From positions 116,932,001 to 116,996,000 of the forward strand of contig OX597817.1 of NCBI GenBank assembly GCA_951406725.2: a DNA stretch of 64,000 bases, given 5' to 3'. Both the position numbers and the translations under genes were made by a program. Shown in pieces: positions 14,399-25,950 of the stretch (positions are counted from its first letter, which is position 1; every line of letters begins with the position of its first letter). The notes under the pieces were generated by a model. It did not search any database and was not told the DNA's origin. It saw nothing but the letters and a program-made list of their open reading frames with translations. Origin of the DNA: Octopus vulgaris. Taxonomy: Eukaryota.

Positions 14399-14534
14399 CT
14401 TTGTAATGATGTTGATAATAATGACCAGTAAGCAAGTGTCACCATAGTCTGCTGACTGTGGACAGCTGACACTCTCCATCATACCCAGCAAAATCTGCTG
14501 AGAGTTAACATCAAATAGTAAGAACGAGAACAAT

Positions 14535-14668
14535 TTTTTCCATTAAAGGCACAAGGCTTAAAATTTCGGTGGAGACTCTGAGTCGATAACATGGACCCAA
14601 CTTTTTCACTACATTATTTATCCCGATAGGGTGAAAGGCAAAGTTGAACCCGGTGTGACTTGAACTCA
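14535..14668 (-). mobile_element. SINE family A, 3' fragment
   Basis: GGCACAAGGC tail and GAAAGGCAAAGTTGA..TTGAACTCA. Confidence 0.65.
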
Positions 14669-16140
14669 TTTCTACAATTTCTCCGCTAGCAGAGTAATAA
14701 ATTCTAAGAGAGATTGAAAAGGTTTTCTGTTGGAAGGGCTGTCACAGAGTGAGGCAAACACCTGAAGATGGCCGGAAGATACAACAGCCAAGTAATGTTT
14801 GATTTTCAAAATTAAGATGAGCACTCCAATTATAATATAATAATGCATGAAAAGAACCGTTTGCCTTTAGTCTAGCATCTTATCAGATCATTTATCTGTA
14901 AAAATTCGAAACTAAGATGTAAATTATGGTACATGAACCATTAAAGCATAAGGAATTCGTAAAATATATTTCAAAACTAACATCAAGGTTCAACTAAAAC
15001 AATTGTTTCCTTATATGATAGTAATGTTCAGTGAGCTGGTAAGTTACAAATAAGGCTTATAATTTACATTGGTTATCTTCCCTTTTACATTGATAATTAT
15101 GTACTATTTGATAAAATACCAATCAATCAAGTGAATATATAAAGTATAATGATGAACACAAAACCTTATGTCTCAGTTGTATCACAATGAAATTAAAAGA
15201 GTCAAAATTAACGAGATCTTATTTATTACCGATCCTTATTATTGAGCTAATTATTTCTCAGTTCGGTCAATTAAGATGTCACTCTAGATGTAGAATTTGA
15301 CGAGAAAACATAAATCATTCTACGTTTTATTATTCATTACAATTACCGAATATATTATCTAAACTTTATTGCTGAACAACTGTGGTAGCGCATTATATGG
15401 CCGAAGAACGAAACAAAATACACGAAGAGGATCCCACTCTTTGGCTCAAATCAAAGATGGTCTGTTACAGACGTATTAATGGAAAGAAAAAAAGCTCACT
15501 GTGTGAGAGTTATCTAAGAGCCAATTTACAAACGATAAGAAGCTGTTAGGATGATTGATTGTAGTATGATATACCGTTTAGAAAGTACATTCCAAAAGCC
15601 GACTACATGTAAATTACTATTTGCTAGTCAGAAGAAACAAACAGTAATAAGATGCCTCCTTCGAAGCTTTAAGATCAGTGTACTCAAGGCCGTGAATGCA
15701 TTGAAAGTAGAAGACTGCAGAATGTGCCACAGGGGGAAATGTTTCTAGAATACATGGATTGGAGAATTTATTACTCACCTTATAATTTGATTAAGATAGG
15801 AACCATAAATAATTGCACTAAGTGGGATGGGTGAAAGAATTATACAAATTGATACTTTTTATTAGCAGAGTTTTGTAAGGGAAATATAAACCATAGTTCG
15901 CTGGTATTTTTGTGGTATTAGAAAACTAATTAGCGAATAGTTAGGGTTTTTCTATGATGTTTCTGTAGCTTAATGAACTGTCCAACATACGGGTTTATTA
16001 ATCTGTAGAAAACACACATTAGCCTCTGTAAGGTCAGCAGAAATTCCGTACTAAGACAACTTCTGGGTCGGATGAGATACCCTTAATAATGTGGAGGCTA
16101 ACTACACTGCCAGATCATTGCCTTACTTTAAGTAACTAAT

Positions 16141-16500
16141 ATTGGTTTCAAATTTTGGCACATGAACAATAATTATGGTGAGGGTGTAAACCCATTATAC
16201 CGAACCCAGTGTTCGACTGATACATATTTTATCGATACCAAAAGATGAAAATAAAGTGAATCTCGGCGAAATTTCAGCTGAAAACGTAAAGACGGACAAA
16301 ATACCGCCAAGATTTGTCCGGCGCGCCAGCTCGCCACCTTCGGGCTTAAATTTTGAAACAAATATTGGTTTCAAAGATTGTCACATGACCAGCACCTTCG
16401 TGTGGAGGGGATAAGTCAATTACATTGACTCCAGTGTTCAACTTCTTTTATCGACCCAGAAAAGATGAAAGCAAAATCGATCCAACTGGTATTTGTTCGC
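16141..16500 (-). mobile_element. Two tandem SINE family A copies (16141-16340; partial 16362-16500)
   Basis: ATTGGTTTCAAA tails, TTTATCGA..AAAGATGAAA cores, CCAGCTCGCCACCTT head. Confidence 0.75.
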
Positions 16501-17704
16501 AGAATCTGTTTATGTAATGTTACAAAGAAATATTGAATTCCACTTCTTCATGAACAAAATAAAGCTAACTTTTTCGGTTTCCTGCAACTACCTCAGATAT
16601 CTCTTTCTGAGAAGCTAATGTCTCCTGTATAATAGTCTACCGACTATTGTTCAACTTTTAGATAACTAATGCGAGACAAAGTATTATCCTCCTTTATCAT
16701 TATTTAATTAAGAGTTATACACGATTTAATAGGATCTTGTAACTTTCAAACAAAATGAATTATTTAAGGAGAATGTAAATAAATTGAATTAACTGGCTTA
16801 AACAAAATCCTTAAATATTTGATAATTCAACAAATTTCACTATTAAAGCTATACTTTAGCTGAATTGTTATCTCATTTCTGTTTCGCTAAATTCAAACAC
16901 ATCTCCACTGTCTCCAGTATATCGCTTTTTACGTTTAAAATCCTAGCCTGCAGAAATTTTGTTTGCTACACTTCGCGTTTTATAAATATTTATATTCAGA
17001 ATATACTACTAATAAGAAGGAAGTCCCTGCCCAACATATCTAATATTCAGAAACGCGAAGCATTCCTCTTGTAAACGCAAAGGTGTAATAAATCTATAAA
17101 AGGTATTCTTTTAAAGACAAAATTTACAAGTGTTATTGACACTTCATTTTAAGAAATAAAATGAGATAGAAAAACATCTTCGAAAGTCACATTAAGGGAA
17201 ACGTGCAATATGGAGATAGTTTGATACAGATGGCATCGTGGATTATTGTGAACATATATGATCTTGTTTCACTGGACGAAGAAATCTAACACATGGCTAT
17301 AGTATTACATAGCAACCATACAACCTTAACATCTACACGCTTATTCTTCTCAGTCGTTATTGTGTAAACTCGTTTGTTTTCTTGTTTAATGTATTCTATT
17401 TCTGTGTTGTTGTTTAATACATTCATAGTGATTGACTACTGTAAAAGGGAAATGTTAAAATTCTATCGTTGATGGATCTTACTTTTGTCTATTAACCGAC
17501 AGCCTTAAGCAAACGTTGCATTTTCTACACCCAACTTGCTAGATTAAGCTGCATGCTGTTTTCCAGTCATTTGTGTCTTGTCATCACAGTGTCAGACCTC
17601 CTCGGTGTATTCTTGCACCAATATATTTGGAGTCGCGTAAAAGATTGAATCCATAAACAGTAAGCTGATAGAGGGTAAAATTAAAAAGTTGCCATATTTA
17701 TACG

Positions 17705-17747
<43 letters not shown>

Positions 17748-17750
<3 letters not shown>

Positions 17751-18735
17751 CAAAATTCAACAATAAAGGTGCAAAATAGTATCTGTAATTCCTAGAATTG
17801 AGAGGTAAAGAATATAATTCGATGAGCCACACAAAATCTCCAGTGTTATGAGATATTCAGAGACTACGAGCAGCAAGCCACATTATCTTTCTTCGACGCG
17901 ATAAACTCACAGAATGAAGTAGTTTGATAAAAGCCTATCACCTGATTTCGATAGTTAACCAACATGGTCTTGTTTCTCGTCAGGGGTTGCCACAATTCAC
18001 TCCGGGTTAACGAGATAGCTTACTTTCCATTAGCTCTTGAGAGAATAAAGAAACTGTCTAACACCAAGCGCTAACATTCAAAACGGTTTACGTGTATGTA
18101 AAAACTACAATAATATATTATAATAGTATATTAATATATTATGATATATTACATACATTATAATATAGGTGGGTATAGCAATTAAAATCCAAAACGCAAA
18201 ATTCATAGTTAACGGTGCAAAACAACACCTGCATTTGCTAGAAAACAAAGCTATAAATACTATAAATAAAACACGAATAGCCACACAAAATTACAAAATC
18301 ACCAATTGTCCCTAATTACAGTTCACTCCTTTACATTTCACCGGTGGAGAAACCCCAGAAGTAACAGACACGTGGAAGCCATGTTATTAAATAATTATGA
18401 GACCACAGATTCAACTAATTTCTACTCTTCTTCCACCTCACAAAAAACTAAACAAACTGCGAACCTAACAAAAATATAAGACTTTCGAAAATTTGATCAT
18501 ATTCTTTTCCGATGTATCCCTCTACTTTTCGCTCTTTTCTCTACCTCTGACTTCTTAGTTCTGCTGATGTCTACTATTCACAACGAGGCAAAAATATAAA
18601 TATATATTTTCCTCACCATGGAATACAGAAACGACCGTAAACTCACTCTTAATCTCACGTTTCGTTACTAATTAAATAATGGCTTCATTGCGCAAAAGAC
18701 ACACTTCTTATTGTTATTTTACTCCATTTTCTTTT
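17748..18735. mobile_element. Composite of old Penelope-type terminal fragments between microsatellites
   Basis: Starts at a (TA)n tract and ends at (CT)n(AT)n. Internal diverged repeat (GCAAAATTCA..GGTGCAAAA..AGCCACACAAAAT at ~17750 and ~18196). HHR-like motifs on both strands. Confidence 0.4.
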
Positions 18736-18736
18736 C

Positions 18737-18885
<149 letters not shown>

Positions 18886-19046
18886 AAGGCAAATGGTTCA
18901 GTGGTTAAAGTGTTGGGCTCACAATCATGGTGTAGAGAGTTCGATTCCGGACCAGCCAGAGCTCCAATTCATTCAGTTGTAGAAATGAGTTGGGACGTCA
19001 TGGTGCTAAGCTATGTCAGCCTTTGCTTGGATAACATCGGTGGCGT
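18886..19046 (+). mobile_element. tRNA-derived SINE (family B, internally deleted)
   Basis: TGGTTCAGTGGTTAAAGTG A-box and GAGTTCGATTCC B-box, following a (GT)n tract. Confidence 0.65.
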
Positions 19047-20083
19047 TGACAATAGAGGGTAGTATGCATATATATATATACTTGGAATTAGATTGTTGAA
19101 CCTGGTCATTGGTTTTTCACTTAAAAAGCACACACCTGATGATATATATATATATATATATATGCTAATATCGAATAATGTCATTGTGTAAAACTTCTTT
19201 ATTTATGGGTCAAAGCTACCATTATTTTCATGTTAAGAGAAATACCTTAACAATTACCACGCTTGTGTAAACAATTGCCTCCCAAGGCAAGAAGAGCTGT
19301 TGGGAGATATTGCGAGGCTTGCCTCCATTTTAATTGTACCCACAATGTCTAGCATAATCTACGGTATTATCTAATATAATGATTGTCGTTTCTTTCCGTG
19401 TAAAATTTGATCAAGACCGTCTCTGATCCAATTGTTTTCATCCTTTCTGTAGTATTCAGTATATAGAAATATATTATCGAATGTTTCCATTTTAAACGAT
19501 AAAAATACAGAATGTAAACTAATTGAAAATTCAAAAATGTGAGTGAACTCATAGAGGTTCCTTTGATGCATCAGAGACAAAAATCACTGCACAAATAACA
19601 AAAACAAATGTACGATCTAAATTTAAAACTAGAAGTAAAAAAGACTCGTATTTCAGAAAATAATTTGGATTTGCGGCTGGAAATGTTTAGATATAATCTG
19701 TTATATTTCGAATCATTCAAAACTAATATACAAATCCGAACACGAAAATAACATAATAAATTTGACAACCTTATTAAAGGTTTCATCATTGGGAATAAAT
19801 GACAAATTGGTTGAAAGTAGGCTTACTTAATTTCTATAAAGTGAATTGATGGTTCCTGGCAATCCCTGTCATTTCACTACTTACAAAGAAGATATCATTA
19901 ACGTTAGTTGTCAGCGTGTAGTATAGAACAGATATAAAATGTATTTGATAATGTATTTAATACGATGAATCAAATCTCACCGTCTCATAGCACACAGACG
20001 GAGACATATACAGATGTACACACATGTCTGTATCTAGGAATTTACACGTATATATTATATTCAATGCTGACACATATGACATC

Positions 20084-20125
<42 letters not shown>

Positions 20126-20657
20126 TATCTTTATACGCGTATACACACAAACGTGCATGCACACACACACACATTTAGATAGATATTATATACTTCTTCT
20201 GCTTGTGTATATAAATGCATTTATGTATATATATATTACAATAGCAAAGAAGGAACTTTAAGGAGATACCAACGTGAAAATTACCTTCAAGTGCATTTTA
20301 AAGCAGCTATGACAAAGTGTTTATAACAGCCTCAAGTCTCATAAGAATAGTGGAGAAAACTGTGAAAGACCTTCTGATGGAATGTGTCTCTAATTTAGGA
20401 GTAACCATCTTGTATAAATTTATAATGGCGATTTCGTTCCTGAATTATGTTAAGGGTAAAAGTGTTTGCGGAGTACTCAGACATCTCTGTTTTGTTTGTA
20501 TGATTATGTAATCCAGTTGATCAAAGCACAGGACGTTCCAACATCAAAAGCAACAATAGTCCTTCGTCTATAGATACACATCACCCATATTTATTTATTT
20601 ATTTATCAATTTGTCTGTCTGTCTGTCACTCTCCATCTCTCTCTTTCTCGATCTCTG

Positions 20658-20698
<41 letters not shown>

Positions 20699-20701
<3 letters not shown>

Positions 20702-21251
20702 CAGCAAAATTTAGATTCAAATGAATATGGTACTTAAGTTAGATGCACCAGAATTATGTATGGTGTTATACATATAAATCCATGAGGTGATTATAATCAA
20801 AATAAGCAACAAGAATAACTATAAATAGAAAATCTTTGTTGTCTCCTTTCACTCGTCCATTCCTCTCAGAACCTTATAGTTGTTCGGAGCAACTGAATTT
20901 TAGTCAGTCAGTTGATAACCTTCACTACCTCAAATGTTCTTAAAATTTAAATCCACATCTTTGTCTATATATCTACCTTCTCTATAATGTTATCACTTGA
21001 TATGAAAATTATGTATTAATGGAAGACCTCTATTAATGGATGATGAGTGCTCAGCATGTTAAAACTGTTGTAATACTTACAACATTTAATAAAATGATGT
21101 AGTGCGAAACGATCTTACCAAATTACCGAAGTTATTCTTGTTGCTTATTTTGATTATAATCACCCCATGGATTTATATGAATAACACCATACAGAATTCT
21201 GGTGCATCTAACTTAAGTACCATATTCATTTGAATTTAAATTTTGCTGAAC
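20699..21251. mobile_element. TA-flanked element with 122-bp terminal inverted repeats
   Basis: 20699-20820 is a near-perfect reverse complement of 21130-21251. (TA)n on both sides. Confidence 0.85.
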
Positions 21252-21262
21252 TTATATATATA

Positions 21263-21955
21263 CAGGACCTTCCAAAAGTCACTGATGGGGTTTAAATTTT
21301 ATTAACTTCCTTAACTTTTTAAATAGATGCATAAATTTTGATACAATATAAAGGACATAATGCGAACTAATATGCACAAGTTGCAACACTACTCCATTGC
21401 ATATAAAAAATGACATTGCTTACTCTCTCCAAAACTTGCATCGTAAAACCCTCAAGATTTTCAGATTCCACTTCTCTGATTTCTCTCTTGATGTTTCCAT
21501 TCAGTTGCACCAAGGTCTCCTGTTTGTTGACGTAAGCCCTCTCTTTCAGGTATCTATGACTGAGACCTTTTTCGCCAGGCTATTTAACGTAGGCCTCACA
21601 CATGGTTCCAGCAGGATAGGGCAACTGCTCATACCGCAAGAGAAACTACGCAGTTGCTACGGCAGTATTTTGGAGAGAGAATAATCTCCCGCTACAGCAA
21701 TGTCGACTGGCCTTCACGTTCCCCAGACTTGACTAGCCTGAAGTTTTTCTTGCGAGGATACCTGAAGAAAGGGTTTACATCAACAAACCGGAGACACTGA
21801 TGCAACTTCAGGAGAACGCCACTAGAGTAATAAGACAAGTGGCGTCTGGAACTCTTAAGGATGTTATGGTGCAAGTTTCGGAAAGAGCACGGGTGTGCAA
21901 AACTGAAAATGGCTGTCATTTAAACGATGTCATTTTTCATATGCGATGTAGTGGT
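21263..21955. mobile_element. Tc1/mariner-superfamily relic with an inverted duplication of its 3' end
   Basis: Plus strand ~21700-21943 encodes DWPSRSPDLTSLKFFLRGYLK..KPETL..RARVCKTENGCHL. 21390-21555 is a diverged reverse-complement copy leading to a TIR-like TA|CAGGACCTTCCAAAAGTCACT. Confidence 0.75.
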
Positions 21956-22025
21956 GTTGTGGCGTTTTGGTTGAGTGCGCGGGCTACTAACCCCAATATT
22001 CCGAGTTCGACACCAGGCAGTCACC
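21953..22025 (+). mobile_element. tRNA-like SINE head (resembles tRNA-Asn)
   Basis: TGGCGTTTTGGTTGAG A-box, GGGCTACTAACCC anticodon arm, GAGTTCGACACC B-box. Followed by (AAT)n. Confidence 0.7.
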
Positions 22026-22069
22026 TGAATAATAATAATAATGATGATGATGATGATGACACTACTACA

Positions 22070-22130
<61 letters not shown>

Positions 22131-22146
22131 ATGATAATAATAATAA

Positions 22147-22701
22147 ATGCCCTGATGCAGTACCAGGCAGTGGCTCTCATGGCTTCCGATCTTAACTGAT
22201 TGGAAGTGTATCATGTACATTGTTTTGTCTTCGTATAAAAGATGGGCTACAGCAAATATTCTGCTCAATACCACAGATTTGCTTGTCAGTTGTTTGACCT
22301 TAACCAGTTGAGCATGTCCCTTAGTGGCTGACGATATGTGCATCTCTGATCACGAGCAGAAGTAGTTGGGGAGCATCATAGCCATGTGTTGAGAAGGATT
22401 CTTTGGGGTTTGAATAATTCACCTCTGGAAAGATGGGTGTTTCGTTCAACGTCCTTAAACAACCCTTATTCAGGGACCTTTTGAGCGGGATGGGTTACTC
22501 GATCTGAAGAAAATTCTAACTGGGATCCACCTGCAAGGTCATGTGCCGTTTATCTTGATATGAGATCACCATGTCGCGCACATATGGTTGTGATGCATGT
22601 GCCTGGTTTACCCTTATCAGAAGGGTAGTCATGATGGGTATATTGGGCTTCGTATATTTTACCCCAGTGTCACTTTGATGACATGCGCTGCTCTCTCACT
22701 C
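22147..22701. mobile_element. ~555-bp non-coding element inserted in an (AAT)n tract
   Basis: Complex, GC-richer block bounded by AAT repeats on both sides. No credible ORF. Confidence 0.55.
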
Positions 22702-22782
<81 letters not shown>

Positions 22783-22856
22783 GATAATAATAATAATAAC
22801 AACAACATCGAAAAATACCTGAGGAATGAGAACGCATGTTCGAAATTTTCTCCCAA

Positions 22857-22902
22857 GACACCTGATGAAGGCTGGAGCGTATATCAGCCGAAAAGTTGCG
22901 TT
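22857..22902 (+). ncRNA. Minimal type I hammerhead-like motif (partly mutated)
   Basis: GACAC-CTGATGA-A-GGCTG-(10 nt)-CAGCC-GAA-AAGT-T-GCGTT: intact core, perfect 5-bp stem II, mutated stems III and I. Confidence 0.65.
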
Positions 22903-22987
22903 AAAGACAAACAAGATGACGACAAATATCTGTCAATTGTAAATAATGTAAATAAAGTACAAAATTTCTCATCTCCCAAATATAGAA

Positions 22988-23058
<71 letters not shown>

Positions 23059-23398
23059 ACCATCACGCATCGACTCTGATTAACGGAAATCCCTAATATC
23101 CCCCAAACTGCTGTAAAAATAACTCTTTATAAATGTCCTGAAAATTCCAGTCAGCCTTGGCTTTGTTATCTCATTATATTTAGCACACCCACACATATGT
23201 ATGTATGTACGTATGTTTGCATATATATACATACATATATATATATATATATGTATACATATATATGCATATATATATATATATATATATACACTCACAT
23301 ATATATATACATTCATATATATATATAGATAGATAGATATCCCTGTAGAGTGCGATTGTGTATAAATTAATATATCAATCAATGAAGTTCTAACCTAG

Positions 23399-23907
23399 TC
23401 TGATTTTCACATTTAAATATTTACAATCTTTACAATTTTAGAATATTATGATGATAGAATATTTTTTATTTATTGTGATAAAACTAGTATTTTCATGCCT
23501 TACACAATCGTCAGTAATGAAAGTCGTGTTCCACAAGTGACAACTGTAGTGAAATAATTAAAATTGCCCTTTGAATACCTACCGATAGACTTCAGCAGGC
23601 TGAACCTTACGGATTGAATGTTGACATATCGGTACGTGCTTTTGTTATGAAGGCTGGGTGAAAACACTAATTACGTTATAACTGAATTTAGTCCAACCAG
23701 TGTGTTGCTATAGGACGGTATTAAAAGAACAAATCTAATCATTTCAATACAGTTGTCAATTGTGGAACATGACTACTACTACTACTACATAAACCTGTTG
23801 ATTGCGTAACACATGAAAGTACTAATTTTACAATGATAAATACATAATAGTCTATTACTATAATATTTTAAAACTGTAAAAATTCTAATTAATAAAACCT
23901 GAAAATC

Positions 23908-23910
<3 letters not shown>
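23399..23910. repeat. Old element with ~60-bp imperfect terminal inverted repeats
   Basis: 23399-23458 resembles the reverse complement of 23851-23910. The right end abuts (TA)n. Confidence 0.6.
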
Positions 23911-23941
<31 letters not shown>

Positions 23942-24001
23942 TGAGAAAGAGAGTGAGAAAAAGGTAGATAGCTATATAGGTAAATATAGATTTAGCCCCT
24001 C

Positions 24002-24040
<39 letters not shown>

Positions 24041-24042
<2 letters not shown>

Positions 24043-24091
24043 TTATCTAGTTTCAGCTCACGAGTTGTGGCCATGCTGGGGCACCGCCATC
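24041..24091 (-). mobile_element. Isolated CR1-type LINE/SINE 3' tail
   Basis: Reverse complement GGCGGTGCCCCAGCATGGCCACAACTCGTGAGCTGAAACTAGATAAAA resembles the LINE end at ~40765-40812. Confidence 0.6.
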
Positions 24092-24119
24092 TGCTGAGGC
24101 ATATATATATATATAAATG

Positions 24120-24362
24120 CGCCCTTTTAAAGACTAGCCAGGCTCATAGACCCGGTTTCCCGGTTTCAATGGCGTATGTGATCCCCAGCTGAACAGGACG
24201 CCAGTCCATCGGAGCATTACTCTTTTTTGCCAACTGAGTGAACTGGAGCAACGTAAAATGAATTGTTTTGCTCAAGAACACAACGCGTCACCCGGTGAAG
24301 GAATCGAAACCACGAACTTACGATCATGATGCTGTCACCCTAAACACTAAGCTCCGCGCCTC

Positions 24363-24365
<3 letters not shown>
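24120..24365 (-). mobile_element. tRNA-derived SINE (family B)
   Basis: Reverse complement GTGGAGGCGCGGAGCTTAGTG..GGTTTCGATTCC..TTCTTGAGCAAAAC..GAAACCGGGAAACCGG. Homologous to 27401 and 63106. Confidence 0.85.
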
Positions 24366-24394
<29 letters not shown>

Positions 24395-24422
24395 TATATA
24401 TATATATATTTATGTGTGTGTG

Positions 24423-24464
<42 letters not shown>

Positions 24465-25149
24465 AGTGTGTGTGTGTGAGAGTGTATGTGTGTGTGTGTA
24501 TACCCGCCGAAATTGCGAGGATGATCCGGTGCTTGAATGAGGATAAAAAGCTTCGAATGACCTGTCCTTGTTTTTTTGTATCGTCTGTCTGCTTTTCCCA
24601 ATTTGTATAAACATGTATAGAAAATATATTATTTGAATAAAGGTAAAGCATGGTCTGGTTTTCACTTATTTTATTATGGTATTTTAAAAAAGTAGTTTTT
24701 TATAATATTAAAGTGTGTTAAACATTAAAAGAATATTTAGTACTGTTCATAAAGTTCAATTAGCGCTTTCATTCGTCCGTAGTAATCATCTGATTTCAAA
24801 ATGTTTTTAACTGACATTTAAGTTCTTGACAACTGTAGTAAAACGACTGACTACTTTCTTTTTACACCTCTTAGAAGCTTCCAACAAGCTGAATTTTACG
24901 AATTGTGTATTGACTAATCTACATGCGTCTTAAACGTCACGGTCGTACCGACATTACTAGCACAGTTCCCGCCTATATTTTAACCAATTAGCTTGCGATT
25001 TACATGTAATGGTTTTATTAGTGAGCAAATTTAGTTGGTTTCGATTTTTATTTCAATTGGTGGTAGCCTTCTGCAATTTGTTTATATTCAAATGTTAAAG
25101 ATATTTTTCAATCCACATCATTAACTGGTTGCTATATTATTGTTGTTAT

Positions 25150-25950
25150 TTCCGTTCAGAGCAGGTTTTAACGTTTTAATAATCTGTTTTTCTTTTATCT
25201 TTCTTCCACCCGCACTTGTGTCATGTAATTTGTGGAAAGATAAAATTAGAAACATTTTGTGACCACGTTTCTGTATGTTCGCTCAATGGAATTTGACGAA
25301 CATTGGTGTTTCAGATCTGTTGTCTCTGGACCCGTGAGCGTTCCGATAATGCATTTACTGTCTCACCAATATATAGTTTCTCGCAATTCGGACATTTAAT
25401 GCAGTAGGTCAAATTTCTGTTTTTGCAGTTCATATCTACATTTGCGAAAATCTGTCCCTTTTTCGTTCTAATGGATATACTAGTATGCCTGAATTGGCAC
25501 GTTCCACATCTGTTATCGTTACACTTGGATACCGTGAATGATTTATTCAGTTTGTTCATGTTAAATTTCGCCTTTGTCAATAGTTTCTCTAGGTTATTTG
25601 GTTGCCTTTTGCTTAAGATATGTGTTTGATTAGTTATTAGGTTTTAACTTTGTTTTGATGATGTTGAAAATGTTTTGGTTATGCGGATTGTGTGATACTA
25701 GAAATGGTCTTGTGTTCCTTGGATGGGTTCGTCTTTCTCCTGTTGTCCAAAGGCATTCTATAGGTATTTTTTGCTCGTTGTATGCTATTTTGAATTCCTT
25801 GTTTTATGTTCCTGGTATTTTGAATTCCTTGTTGTATGTTCCTGGTATTTTGATCATCTGCTATAATTCAAACTTTCCTGGCTAGACAGAACAGGATGTT
25901 ACCTTTTGTGTGGGTTGGGTGGTATGAAAGATCGAATTCATATTTGAATG
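25150..25950 (-). mobile_element. Degraded Penelope-like element (GIY-YIG end), different family from the 28-31 kb element
   Basis: ORF 25311-25580 contains TKAKF..KCNDNRCGTC..NLTYCIKCPNCEKLYIGET..RQQI. Downstream RKIKEKQIIKTLKPALN. Confidence 0.85.

Noticed and set aside
21953-22025. Functional tRNA gene (likewise the heads at 27401 and 63106)
   Set aside because: Imperfect acceptor and T stems, and continuation into repeat bodies. These are SINE heads.
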